Source: an uncultured Dehalococcoidia bacterium (GTDB lineage Bacteria > Chloroflexota > Dehalococcoidia > Lucifugimonadales > UBA826). From it: a stretch of DNA of 62,917 nt. The translations under genes were made by a program, and so were the position numbers. How positions within the stretch are numbered: the first letter of the stretch is position 1; the number at the start of each line of letters is the position of its first letter. The notes below the pieces were generated by a model. That model did not search any database, had not been told where the DNA came from, and was given only the letters and a program-made list of their open reading frames with translations. Of the stretch, positions 20,948 through 31,022 are shown piece after piece. The stretch covers positions 1-62,917 of the forward strand of contig CAZRSW010000011.1 of assembly GCA_964602845.1 (NCBI GenBank), written 5' to 3'.

Positions 20948-22636
20948 CTATTTTATGCGTCTGGGATCTAGCCCGTATAATTTCATCATGAATTCTTTTA
21001 AAACCAGCGAGTCCGTATGCCTCTTGTCAAGATCTTTGAAAACATACCTGAGAAAGCCAAATCCTTTTTCTACCGCAACTGAATGAGTCTTGTACAATCT
21101 TATATGGCGCTTAATTTGTAAGTATTTTCTTATCACTATGCCCAAGGCCGGAACGGATTGGAGGTGATTCAACAATTTCCTCCGACTCAAACCCGTACCC
21201 CACCTGCCAGTTTCCAATCGCTTCACTATAGGTTCCCGACTCCAATGAGTTAACGGACGATGGCTAGTGAACATTTCCTCAGGGTAGTTTTCAGACACGG
21301 ATTTTTGATACAGATACTGGCCTTTTTTAAGTCTCAACGGAACCTTGCGCCAAAAATCCATTATTTTTCTGTCCCAAAGAGGCATAGCCCATGAGTACCC
21401 GAAGTATTCATGCTGTCGAACCAGATTAACTATATATTTCGATTGCCTCTCTTGCCATTCCCAGTGCTCATATATCGATGCTATATATTCCTCCGAACTA
21501 TTCCCATCGAATTTAGTTACACTTTTGATCTTTTCTTCGGCCACAGTTCTCAATTGAGGCCTATTAATCAAATTTTCCCAAAGTGAGTAATGTTTAGTAC
21601 ACATCAGTTTGATAAAATCTGTTGGGTCCGAATTCAGCCTAGGATCAAATATCACCTTGAGATGATTACCCGCCACGAAATCACCCGATATCCCTGTAAC
21701 AAACACCGCATCTTTGGCTGCCAAACCTTTATCCCTGATGATATTCAGACTAGGCCAGTCCCAATAATGAGGTAACGACACACCATTTGAGGCAAATTTC
21801 CAGTAGTCATGTAAATTTTCATCATTCAGCGTATCCGCCCATAAGTGCCCAGAATATTCTGTAAGACTCCAACTGTAATCGAAATCCTGCGCCACAGCAC
21901 GTGCCCCGATAGCTTCTTTAGAATCCTTTTTACCGTAGGTGTAACAAATCACGTTGTTATAATGAAAGTACCTGAGCATTCCAACAACTAACTTGGAATC
22001 TAAGCCAGCGCTTAATGCAACTACCACCTGGCGACCATCAAGGAATGCAATGAAACGTCTGAAAACATCTTCCAAGATTTTAAAATATTCCGATGAAAGA
22101 TCTTCTTCAGTTTCACCGGAATCATATTCACACAACCACTCATAGTACCGTTGGGTCTTTAAGAAGACTCCAGGCTTCCAAAATAATATCTCCCCCGACT
22201 GTAGCGAGCTCAATTCACTATATATCGTCAACGACCCAGAAACGAGACCAGACAAAGCTAATTCTGCAGTGGCTTCCTCGTTTAGTTCCTCCGAATCCGA
22301 TGCTATCAGAGTTACGTCATCTGATATTTCAAACTTGCAGGGATCGCGACGATAAGTCAGTGGTATAGAACGTACCCGGTCAACTGCAGCGTAAAGTTGG
22401 AATCCATCCCAGGCAATAAAAGCAAAATTGCCGTCTATTCTATCCAAGAACTGAACCAGACTATTCTCACTCTCAAGATGCCTACAAACATGATCAGCAA
22501 AGGATTCACCACGTAGTACATCCCCTCCATAATAGACCCATCCCGTAGCCCAAACGGAGTAGGCTCCTGACTTAACGGACCTCCAGTCCCGTTTCTCAGA
22601 AAATTTTAGTCTTTGCCGGAGTTCGTCGGGTTTCAT
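20948..22636 (-). CDS. Asparagine-synthase-related protein lacking the N-terminal catalytic Cys
   Basis: DGNFAF, AVDRVRSIPL.Y, PP-loop LSAGLDS, TGISGDF, WQERQSK, MPLWD; no N-terminal CGI. Confidence 0.82.
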   Translation of the reverse strand: MKPDELRQRLKFSEKRDWRSVKSGAYSVWATGWVYYGGDVLRGESFADHVCRHLESENSLVQFLDRIDGNFAFIAWDGFQLYAAVDRVRSIPLTYRRDPCKFEISDDVTLIASDSEELNEEATAELALSGLVSGSLTIYSELSSLQSGEILFWKPGVFLKTQRYYEWLCEYDSGETEEDLSSEYFKILEDVFRRFIAFLDGRQVVVALSAGLDSKLVVGMLRYFHYNNVICYTYGKKDSKEAIGARAVAQDFDYSWSLTEYSGHLWADTLNDENLHDYWKFASNGVSLPHYWDWPSLNIIRDKGLAAKDAVFVTGISGDFVAGNHLKVIFDPRLNSDPTDFIKLMCTKHYSLWENLINRPQLRTVAEEKIKSVTKFDGNSSEEYIASIYEHWEWQERQSKYIVNLVRQHEYFGYSWAMPLWDRKIMDFWRKVPLRLKKGQYLYQKSVSENYPEEMFTSHRPLTHWSREPIVKRLETGRWGTGLSRRKLLNHLQSVPALGIVIRKYLQIKRHIRLYKTHSVAVEKGFGFLRYVFKDLDKRHTDSLVLKEFMMKLYGLDPRRIK

Positions 22637-24228
22637 GCCAAATACTGCTCCATATACGATGGGTCATTGAGAGCCCGTGACACCTCGATCGATTCCCGCA
22701 GTTCATCCCATATAACCTGTAATCGATTCCTTTCGTCAAACCAGGCCTCAACAAACGAGCATCGCCTAGACAAAACTTCTCGTGCAGTCTGACTATAAGT
22801 CTCATATCCATGATTGATCAAGATGACTGGTTTACCGGTAGCAATAGCAAGCCCAAAAGTATTGGTCGAGGAATATTCAAACAAAAATGCATCGGCTGTG
22901 TCCGCAATTTCTTCAAATGACTGGGTCAGCAAATTGGCACCTAATCCATCTATAAATTCGCTGGGCACCTCAATCGATGAAGCTGGATGTGGTTTAAGGA
23001 GCATATCATATCCCCATCCTTGCATTTTATTTATCAACCTATACTGCCAGTCTATCTGAACAATATCTGGGATCATGGGGGTGAAATGAATTCTTTCTCC
23101 TGCGTAAAACATCGGCAGATACATTACCGACCTTATCTTCCTTCCAGATGTCATGCCTTTTCTCTTGTCAGAAAATATGGAGTATTCGCTCTTGTATTGG
23201 CGTTTATCATCGGGAGTGATTATGGTTGGCAACTTCGGACCAGAAATAAAGTCGGCTTGCATACCTTCCTCAAGCCCCCTCCTATTGGCTACACTCGACG
23301 TGACATAAAAGTCGCATGACTCAAATTCGAATGCACTTGGTACAGGCGTAACCAAATGGCCTTGGCCTTGAGCATGCTCAAACCCTGTATTTTCCCCACC
23401 AGTCAAACGTACAGCATTCCTTAATATGCGCGTCCATACAGAGCCTCCATGACCGGTCCATAACCTAGTCGGTACCTTATCCGGGATCGAGGTCAAATAG
23501 GTCAGCCTCGCCCCGCAATTCGATAATCCAGTGGAAAGCCAACGACTAAAATAGTCCGATATTTCCCTTGTCATCATCCCCTCAGACTTAGAAAAAGACT
23601 CATTCACAGCTGACAAAGCCTTGTCTAAAAACGTGGAGCTGATCTCAAATTCTTTTCTAAACCTTTCAGATTCTCCTAATATATTGGGGAACCATACAGA
23701 TCGAGATTTCAGCCTCACTATTTGTTTTGACGCGCGCGCTTGGTGGTCTATCAAAGGTAGCCGCTGAATCGTCGTTATCCCACTAGCCTGGTCACGGCGC
23801 AGAAGCTTACCTAGACCGAGCCCATTCCATTCAAGAAACACCCGTGTATGATACAGAGTGTCTCTTCCTACACGCCGATGCTGGGGAACCCCGGAAACCA
23901 ACTGCTCAAGGAGTTTTGGCACGCCAGTATTAGCAACGGAGTCTGACACAGTCTCTGGCAACAACATCGGGGCAAGAGAACTATTGGAATTAGTCTTTTG
24001 TAGTCTGAGCGATAATGCGGAAGCCCGGTACTTACCTATTATCTCAACAATTAATGGGACCATAAGTATCCTGAGCAAATCTCTCTCGAGCTGAGACGCA
24101 TCCGACCTACACAAAGCAGTCAACGACTTTAAGGCCGTATCTCTCACCAAATTCAACTCGTCCCTAGAAATCGGCCAGGTGAGATCCTTGACCCCATTTT
24201 CATCAAATGCCAATTCGTTCGTATTCAA
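22633..24228 (-). CDS. Hypothetical protein, probable GT-B transferase (HP motif; candidate nonulosonate transferase)
   Basis: 531-aa ORF overlapping its neighbour by 4 nt; C-terminal LLKPHP...SST..F..A...GKPVI. Confidence 0.5.
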   Translation of the reverse strand: MNTNELAFDENGVKDLTWPISRDELNLVRDTALKSLTALCRSDASQLERDLLRILMVPLIVEIIGKYRASALSLRLQKTNSNSSLAPMLLPETVSDSVANTGVPKLLEQLVSGVPQHRRVGRDTLYHTRVFLEWNGLGLGKLLRRDQASGITTIQRLPLIDHQARASKQIVRLKSRSVWFPNILGESERFRKEFEISSTFLDKALSAVNESFSKSEGMMTREISDYFSRWLSTGLSNCGARLTYLTSIPDKVPTRLWTGHGGSVWTRILRNAVRLTGGENTGFEHAQGQGHLVTPVPSAFEFESCDFYVTSSVANRRGLEEGMQADFISGPKLPTIITPDDKRQYKSEYSIFSDKRKGMTSGRKIRSVMYLPMFYAGERIHFTPMIPDIVQIDWQYRLINKMQGWGYDMLLKPHPASSIEVPSEFIDGLGANLLTQSFEEIADTADAFLFEYSSTNTFGLAIATGKPVILINHGYETYSQTAREVLSRRCSFVEAWFDERNRLQVIWDELRESIEVSRALNDPSYMEQYLA

Positions 24229-24374
24229 TTTACGCTGTTATATTTAAACTCAATTTTTTGTAATAACTGTTAGAAGCTAAACGACAACTGAACCTACATT
24301 TTGATGTGGAAAAGAGTAACCATTCCAATATCTCAGCCACTCCTCACTGACATGTTGACTAAATTCCATGTTGC

Positions 24375-24953
24375 TCAGGTGACAGGAGAAAATTCTTCCT
24401 TAATTAACCCTTGTATGATCACGTCTTGATATTTTCGGTCCAGCAAGCGATGTTGTCGTAAAATCCCCTCGGTTTTATATCCCAACTTGCAGTTGCTATT
24501 GATCCCTCCGGCATTAGACGTAAATGCACCGGAAAGAACCCTGTGAAGTCCCAGAGTGAAAAAAGCGAAACTTAACAACAAACTTCTAGATTCCGTCGCA
24601 AAACCTTTGTTCCAATAGTCTTTCCGTCCTATTAATATTCCTTCCCATGCAAACTTGTGCAACCAATCAATTCCCTGGAGAGTGATATTTCCTATGTGCA
24701 AATTGGTTCTCTTGCAAACAATCGCAAAAAGAAACCTATCTTCCTTGCCCGCAAAACTTCTTACATATGACGTGACTGAATCTAACGTCTGGGGAATATT
24801 AGCTACATCTAGAAAGCGGTTGACCTCTTTATCCAAAAGCCAACCAAGATATTCTTCCGAAATAAATTTCTCTTCAAATGGAATCAAATCGACCCTTTCA
24901 CCACACAGAGTTTCAAGACATTCCAAATTGACCATATTACTAAATATCCTCAC
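24375..24953 (-). CDS. GNAT N-acetyltransferase, RimJ/RimL type (PseH position)
   Basis: HIGNITL, GILIG.K.YWNKGFATE, LGY..EG.LR; directly downstream of pseG. Confidence 0.85.
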   Translation of the reverse strand: MRIFSNMVNLECLETLCGERVDLIPFEEKFISEEYLGWLLDKEVNRFLDVANIPQTLDSVTSYVRSFAGKEDRFLFAIVCKRTNLHIGNITLQGIDWLHKFAWEGILIGRKDYWNKGFATESRSLLLSFAFFTLGLHRVLSGAFTSNAGGINSNCKLGYKTEGILRQHRLLDRKYQDVIIQGLIKEEFSPVT

Positions 24954-25147
24954 ATTACTTTAGAATATTCGTTGCATTTTCGACCAGATAAACGCTGACT
25001 CACACCAACAAATCAGTGATGGATAGATCTATTTATAGTAGGTAGTAGGGTAGGGCAAACCACCCATTTGAGTTTCAGGCATACTGGTACAACCTTTTAC
25101 GATTGGACCAAGGTTAAAAAATTCTATAAAACTATTGATCCAGAGTC

Positions 25148-26191
25148 TTAAGAAGCATAGGAAAACATTATCTCTTCCATAACATCGACTATACGTTCCC
25201 TGCCTAACCCATCTGTTACATTTCGAGACAAGGATGCCACAACCCTCCGTCTCTTACACTCATTAGATAAGAGCTCAATAGTATGTATTAACAAATCAGC
25301 ATCGATATTATCGGCGTCACCACAGTAGACCGCCAGCCCTAGGCGATGTAACTCCTTGGCTATAGCAACCTGATTCTCAGCAACGGAAACAACTATGATG
25401 GGTACCCCAACTAACAACATTTCAAATCCAGTAGTTCCACTTGAACATATGGCTACGTCTGCCCATTTCATATAGTGAGACAGATCAACTGAGAATTGAT
25501 AGCTATTTACAGATATACCGGGTTTGCCTTCCATAGAATCTCGCAAGCCGCTTGTGGAAACATTTCCAACAATCGCAACGTCAATATTTTGGGTATCGAA
25601 GCAATCAAGAGCGCTGAGAATTTTAAGTATCACACCGGTTTGATCTATGCCCCCCATCGTGATCAGTAACTTTAGTCTATCGGATTCACAACACTCGGGA
25701 TAATCTGCGTCAACAACTTCAAGAATTTTATTTCTGAAAACAAAATAGTCTGTCCCTAATAACTGTACACATCCCTTGTTGACCGTATAATCATAATAGC
25801 TACCTGTAACATTCTGATTAACGAGTACGCTGGCTTTGTATGCCACCATGTCAGAATCATCGTCAAAAATCAACAGAGGTGCGATTTCAGAAAACCTGTC
25901 AAACCATGTAGATCTCTGTTTTAGATGATATCCATCAACAACTAGAAATGTTGGACCACCCTGTACGATACGTTCAATTATCGGTTCCAAATCAACTGAG
26001 TCGTCGACCGAAACCAATTCGATATCAGGACTGGAGCTTTCCAACAGACGCTGACCCTGATTGTTTATCGACGAAAAAAACTTGACTTCCCATCCTCCGA
26101 TTATCAACACTTCAGCTAACCCTATGCACCGGCTTAGGTGGCCTAACCCTACCGTGGCGTTCCCGTCAACTCGAAAAATTGCTGTCGCCAC
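25148..26191 (-). CDS. pseG: UDP-2,4-diacetamido-2,4,6-trideoxy-beta-L-altropyranose hydrolase (PseG/SpsG)
   Basis: FRVDG...VGLGHLSRC, VVDGY, ITMGG.D, SSGTT..E, AENQ. Confidence 0.85.
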   Translation of the reverse strand: MATAIFRVDGNATVGLGHLSRCIGLAEVLIIGGWEVKFFSSINNQGQRLLESSSPDIELVSVDDSVDLEPIIERIVQGGPTFLVVDGYHLKQRSTWFDRFSEIAPLLIFDDDSDMVAYKASVLVNQNVTGSYYDYTVNKGCVQLLGTDYFVFRNKILEVVDADYPECCESDRLKLLITMGGIDQTGVILKILSALDCFDTQNIDVAIVGNVSTSGLRDSMEGKPGISVNSYQFSVDLSHYMKWADVAICSSGTTGFEMLLVGVPIIVVSVAENQVAIAKELHRLGLAVYCGDADNIDADLLIHTIELLSNECKRRRVVASLSRNVTDGLGRERIVDVMEEIMFSYAS

Positions 26192-26197
26192 TTCTCT

Positions 26198-27529
26198 CTA
26201 AGTCAACCTTTGAAAACCTGGCATGGGCACATTGTCATTCAGCAACTCTCTGACTCTCCCCGCATCAATAGCAATCATGATCTCCTCTAGCACTTCGGTG
26301 AGAGAATCAGTATATGAAGCTATATGCTCTTCCGTGTGAGCGTACATAGCATAGAATAGATTCAGCGACAGGTAACCTCTACTCAACATCTTCTTCGTCA
26401 AAAGGCCGCGAACTGCGAGAGGATCCTCACACTGGAAATCCACATGGGTAAGGGCCGGCATTCCCTTCGCTGAAAGTGGAAAGCCAATGGTATTTGCGAC
26501 CTCCGAGACAGATTCCTGATAAACGGTCCCAATGTGATTTAAGTGACTTGAAACATCTTCCCTAATATGCTTTTTGATAGTCGCAAGCGCAGCAGTGGGC
26601 CCAATACGTTCTGTCCAACTAGTACTGCTTATGAATGTGCTCTGAGCGGCCTCCATCACATCAGATGTACCCACCACCGCGGCCATGGCGTAACCATTGC
26701 TTATCGACTTAGCAAATACCGCAATGTCTGGATTAACACCATACTTGAGATGAATACCACCGACACATTGACGGAACCCTGTAGTGATCTCATCAAAAAC
26801 AAGAACAGCATCATGCTCATTGGCTAAGCGTTTAACGCCCTCTAGAAATCCTGGGCTTGGCTCGTTGTATCTTATGGGTTCCATCACCACGGCAGCGACA
26901 TTACCCCGATTAGATTCCAGTAGATTCTGAAGTTCTTCCAACTCGTTATATCGAAATGGTAAGGCGGTACCTGCAAGCCCCCTAGGCACTCCTCTAGGTT
27001 CAAGGCCTTGCAACAAGTGATGATCTAGAGCTCCTTCTGCAGAAATATTCGCTGCAAGGTACCAATCACTCCATCCATGATATCCACAGAATATGATTTT
27101 GTCCCTACCTGTATATGCTCTAGATATTCTTACCGCAACTGCCATCGCCTCCCCCCCGGATCTAGCGTACCGAACCTTATCTGCCCACGGATGAATATCA
27201 CAAAGTAATTCCGCAAGTTCCACCTCCTCTGGACAATTCAACGTTGTGGCAACCCCTTTCTTTATAGCGCCGATTACGGCGTCATCAACATCGGGATCGG
27301 CATAACCCAAAATACACGCCCCAATACCCCCATAACTCAGATCCATATATGTCCTTCCGTCTATGCCTCTAACTTCACATCCCTTGGCAGAGTCATAATA
27401 ACTTGGCCAATATTCCGGCAGAATATTCTCCGGTCTCTTTGATAATAATTGGGTCCCTCCGGGAATAATCCTCCTCGCCTTAGCGTAGTATTCTGATCCG
27501 GATTGAGGCTTACTAGTATTTCTTTTCAA
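26198..27529 (-). CDS. Class III PLP aminotransferase (glutamate-1-semialdehyde aminomutase-like, glycan-cluster subtype)
   Basis: PGGTQLLSKRPE, RSGGEAM, GYHGW.DW, FDEITTGFR, FAKSISNG (PLP Lys). Confidence 0.88.
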   Translation of the reverse strand: MKRNTSKPQSGSEYYAKARRIIPGGTQLLSKRPENILPEYWPSYYDSAKGCEVRGIDGRTYMDLSYGGIGACILGYADPDVDDAVIGAIKKGVATTLNCPEEVELAELLCDIHPWADKVRYARSGGEAMAVAVRISRAYTGRDKIIFCGYHGWSDWYLAANISAEGALDHHLLQGLEPRGVPRGLAGTALPFRYNELEELQNLLESNRGNVAAVVMEPIRYNEPSPGFLEGVKRLANEHDAVLVFDEITTGFRQCVGGIHLKYGVNPDIAVFAKSISNGYAMAAVVGTSDVMEAAQSTFISSTSWTERIGPTAALATIKKHIREDVSSHLNHIGTVYQESVSEVANTIGFPLSAKGMPALTHVDFQCEDPLAVRGLLTKKMLSRGYLSLNLFYAMYAHTEEHIASYTDSLTEVLEEIMIAIDAGRVRELLNDNVPMPGFQRLT

Positions 27530-27661
27530 TTACATTCCTCCGTCGACCATCTTTTCTGTGAGAGATGGAATACCATATATCCCCCATCAAACAACTCATC
27601 TCCCGCTGGTGATTTTCCTAAATCTCGATCATCCATATATACCTTAAAGAAAATCGATTAC

Positions 27662-28846
27662 TCAAATTGAGTAGCAATCCAGAACTCGATGCAATGCAGT
27701 CATTACATCACGACAATCCTCGTCGCCCATGCCGGGATAAATTGGTAAGGTCAAAATCTCATCATAAACTTGTTCTGCTACTGTACAAAGACCCAACTCG
27801 TACCCATTAGATCGGTAAGCCGAATGCCAATAAACTGGCATGTAATGAACGTGGACACCAATGTTTTCAGATCTGAGCGCCCTAAATATTGTATCCCTAT
27901 CAACCTTTAAATGTTCGAGTTTTAACTTAACTATATATAAGTGATAGGCATGCCCCACTTCGCCAGAGACCGCCAATGGTTCGACGCATTTGGTCCCATT
28001 AAGGTTGTCATCAAAATAGGCCGCTATTTCCCTTCTACGTCGTAAATTTGATTCCAGCCTGTCCAACTGACTTAATGCCAATGCACAATGTATGTCCGAC
28101 AATCTATAGTTGTAGCCTTGCTCAATAATGTCGTATTGGTGCCTTACATTTGACATCCTACTTTTATGGTCCTCTCCAATCCCATGATTACGAAAGCGCC
28201 GAACATATTCTGCTACTGCGCGGTCGTTAGTAATAACCGCCCCACCTTCACCAGCAGCAACATGTTTTACCGGATGAAAAGATAAGGTCGAAACATTAGA
28301 CACCGAACCGATCTGATCCCCTTTATAAGTGGCACCTAGAGCATGGCTTGAGTCACTAATAAGGGCAATACCTTGTGACTCAGCCAATGAATTCAGTTCA
28401 TCATAGTCACAAGGATGACCAGCAAAATCTACTGGAACAATCATCTTCGTTCTTTTAGTTATTTTTCGTTCCACATCAGAGAGATCCATAAGTAAATTGT
28501 CTGGGTTAATATCTACAAAAACAGGTCTTGCCCCACAATAAAGTACAGCGTTAGCCGTGGCCGCGAACGTTATAGCCGGGACTATCACCTCATGCCCCGG
28601 GCCAATATCCAAAGATTTCATAGCAGCATGCAGAGCCGCGGTTCCACTTGATACTACCGCCGAATATCGAGCACCGGTTTGATGCGATAATTCCTCTTCA
28701 AATCGATCTACCGAAGGCCCGGTGGTAAGGAATCCCGACCCCAAAACTTTTGTGACAGCCTCTATATCAGTTTCGCAAATTTCATGCCTGCCATACGGTA
28801 GAAAAGTTGATCGAACAGGTATACCACCTTCTGCAGCAATTGTCAT
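27662..28846 (-). CDS. pseC: UDP-4-amino-4,6-dideoxy-N-acetyl-beta-L-altrosamine transaminase
   Basis: LPYGRH, FLTTGP, SSGTAALH, SFHPVKH..GEGG, GYNYRLSD; adjacent to pseB. Confidence 0.88.
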   Translation of the reverse strand: MTIAAEGGIPVRSTFLPYGRHEICETDIEAVTKVLGSGFLTTGPSVDRFEEELSHQTGARYSAVVSSGTAALHAAMKSLDIGPGHEVIVPAITFAATANAVLYCGARPVFVDINPDNLLMDLSDVERKITKRTKMIVPVDFAGHPCDYDELNSLAESQGIALISDSSHALGATYKGDQIGSVSNVSTLSFHPVKHVAAGEGGAVITNDRAVAEYVRRFRNHGIGEDHKSRMSNVRHQYDIIEQGYNYRLSDIHCALALSQLDRLESNLRRRREIAAYFDDNLNGTKCVEPLAVSGEVGHAYHLYIVKLKLEHLKVDRDTIFRALRSENIGVHVHYMPVYWHSAYRSNGYELGLCTVAEQVYDEILTLPIYPGMGDEDCRDVMTALHRVLDCYSI

Positions 28847-28852
28847 ACTATC

Positions 28853-29830
28853 CTAATCCTCGACCATTCTTACTAATTCCGACGAACTAACCCAATTGGA
28901 ATTTGTATCACTCCGATATTCAAAGCCATCAACAACAGGCTCAGATTCTGGATAAATAGGAGGAGCAAACCATGGGTTGATAGGCATGATAACGTACCGA
29001 TCCCCCAAATCAATCGCTGTGCGAGATTCATCACTGGAAATCAAAACTTCGTGTAGCTTTTCTCCGGGCCTAATACCAACAAATTGCTTCGAACAACCCG
29101 GAGCTATCGCCTCTGCAAGGTCCACAATACGCATACTGGAGATTTTAGGGACAAAAACTTCCGCACCCTGCATATCTGCCAAACATGAGATAACAAATTG
29201 AACTCCTTGCTCTAGAGTTATCCAAAACCTAGTCATCCTTTCATCCGTGATAGTGAGCGTACCCGTATCAGCTTGGCTCCTAAAAACAGGAATAACGCTA
29301 CCTCTGCTCCCAACAACATTGCCGTACCGTACACAACTAAATCTTGTCCTGCCAATACCAGAATACGAATTCGCCTGGATGAAAAGTTTCTCTGCGCATA
29401 GCTTGGTCGCTCCATAAATGTTTATGGGATTGACAGCCTTATCTGTACTCAATGCGATGACCTTCTCGACTCCCTGGTCGATTGAAGCGTCAATAATATT
29501 TTGGGCTCCAAAAACATTAGTTTTTACTGCCTCCATAGGATTATATTCACAAGCTGGCACCTGCTTCAAAGCAGCAGCGTGGATTACATAGTCAACCCCT
29601 TGCATAGCCCTTTGAAGTCGATCTTTATCTCTGACATCACCTATGAAGAAACGGATTGAGGCCGAGTCGATTTCAGAAGCCATTTCCATTTGCTTCAACT
29701 CATCCCTACTAAAGACAATCAATTTGGCCAGATCGCTCTGCCTCAATAGTGTGTTAACAAATTTCCGCCCGAAGGACCCTGTTCCGCCCGTGATCAGCAA
29801 GGTTTTATTGTCAAAATTTGGTTTAGTCAA
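28853..29830 (-). CDS. pseB: UDP-N-acetylglucosamine 4,6-dehydratase (inverting)
   Basis: TGGTGSFG, SRDELKQ, HAAALKQVPACEYNP, STDKA.NP.N.YGATK, RYGNV.GSRGSV, RPGEKLHE. Confidence 0.93.
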   Translation of the reverse strand: MTKPNFDNKTLLITGGTGSFGRKFVNTLLRQSDLAKLIVFSRDELKQMEMASEIDSASIRFFIGDVRDKDRLQRAMQGVDYVIHAAALKQVPACEYNPMEAVKTNVFGAQNIIDASIDQGVEKVIALSTDKAVNPINIYGATKLCAEKLFIQANSYSGIGRTRFSCVRYGNVVGSRGSVIPVFRSQADTGTLTITDERMTRFWITLEQGVQFVISCLADMQGAEVFVPKISSMRIVDLAEAIAPGCSKQFVGIRPGEKLHEVLISSDESRTAIDLGDRYVIMPINPWFAPPIYPESEPVVDGFEYRSDTNSNWVSSSELVRMVED

Positions 29831-29966
29831 CGTGTTAAATCCTTATAACTAGAAACTGCTTGAGATTGAATCGCCTTCTATACACACCCATTGCCACTCC
29901 CGCTATGAGCAATAAGGCCAACCTAGCAAAGACAGATACTACGAGTGGTCGAATCTTCACGCAGTA

Positions 29967-31022
29967 TTATTGGTTCTCTCGATTAGCCCTCAAATAGTTG
30001 TCCATTTCACCAATATCCATCCAATACTCATGAATCGGAAAACCTACTACCCGATCACCCTCGATGATAAGGGCACTAATAAGGTCGGTCATATCGTAGT
30101 GTTTATCGTTAGGAATTTGATTAAGGGAAGTCCTACTAATAACATAGATGCCCGCATTCACAAAATGATGAAACGTCGGTTTTTCCTCAACAGATAAGAC
30201 TATTCCATTGTCCATGCGAACAACGCCAAACGGTACAGTATATTGGTGATCCTTAACTCCAACTGTCATTGATGCAACAGAATCCTTGTGAAATTCAACC
30301 ATAGATGCAAAATCGACGTCTGTCATGATATCCCCGTTAACCACTAGGAGATCTTTACTTGCTATATCTAACCAACTCAAAGCTCCCGCAGTACCCATCG
30401 GTTGATTTTCCTCTATATAGTTAATATCTACACCAATCGCAGAACCATCGCCAAAATATTCCTGGATAGATTCTCTTTTATAAAACGTGGTGATATGTAT
30501 CTTAGTGACACCATACTCCTTCAATCCTAATAAGATTCTTTCTAACAAGGGCTTGCTTCCTACCTCCAGCATCGGTTTAGGTTTGTTCTTGGTGAGGGGC
30601 ATCAGCCTTTTACCGAAACCACCAGCCATAATGACTGCCTCCAAATCATCGATTACATTCAAATCTATTTCTCGGTATGTCAGAACATTAACCACTCTAT
30701 CTTGATCATCCAAGAGTGGGATTTGTCTTATGCCCGCCTTCGCCATAATGTTCTTAAGTTGAACTCTGTCGGTCGACTCGTGGGCACTTACAGGATTCCG
30801 AACTCTATTAGCAGCTCTCCGATCTTTTATCACACTAACTGGCTCTGATATGTCGTGCCCATCCAGAATGGCTCTCCGTAAATCACCATCCGTGATCACA
30901 TCAAGCAATCTTCCTTCTTGATCAATAACAATTGCAGCCTTTATAGATTCTCTCTCTATGCAGGCCATAGCATCCTTAAACGATGCGGTAGGGGATATAA
31001 ATAATCTTGAACTATTTTTCAT
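29967..31022 (-). CDS. CBS-domain sugar-phosphate nucleotidyltransferase (PtmE-like, legionaminic acid clusters)
   Basis: N-terminal CBS pair (TDGDLRRAIL), then MAGGFGKRL.PLT..PKPML, GTAGAL, NGD, YWMDIG. Confidence 0.88.
   Translation of the reverse strand: MKNSSRLFISPTASFKDAMACIERESIKAAIVIDQEGRLLDVITDGDLRRAILDGHDISEPVSVIKDRRAANRVRNPVSAHESTDRVQLKNIMAKAGIRQIPLLDDQDRVVNVLTYREIDLNVIDDLEAVIMAGGFGKRLMPLTKNKPKPMLEVGSKPLLERILLGLKEYGVTKIHITTFYKRESIQEYFGDGSAIGVDINYIEENQPMGTAGALSWLDIASKDLLVVNGDIMTDVDFASMVEFHKDSVASMTVGVKDHQYTVPFGVVRMDNGIVLSVEEKPTFHHFVNAGIYVISRTSLNQIPNDKHYDMTDLISALIIEGDRVVGFPIHEYWMDIGEMDNYLRANRENQ

Noticed and set aside
24954-25147. Possible remnant of pseI/pseF in the larger intergenic gaps (also 27530-27661 and 33250-33431)
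   Set aside because: I could not read any recognisable coding remnant; a translated search would be needed.
26198-27529. hemL (tetrapyrrole synthesis)
   Set aside because: Lacks the HemL PGGVNSPVR start (has PGGTQLLSKRP), there are no hem genes nearby, and it is embedded in pse genes.
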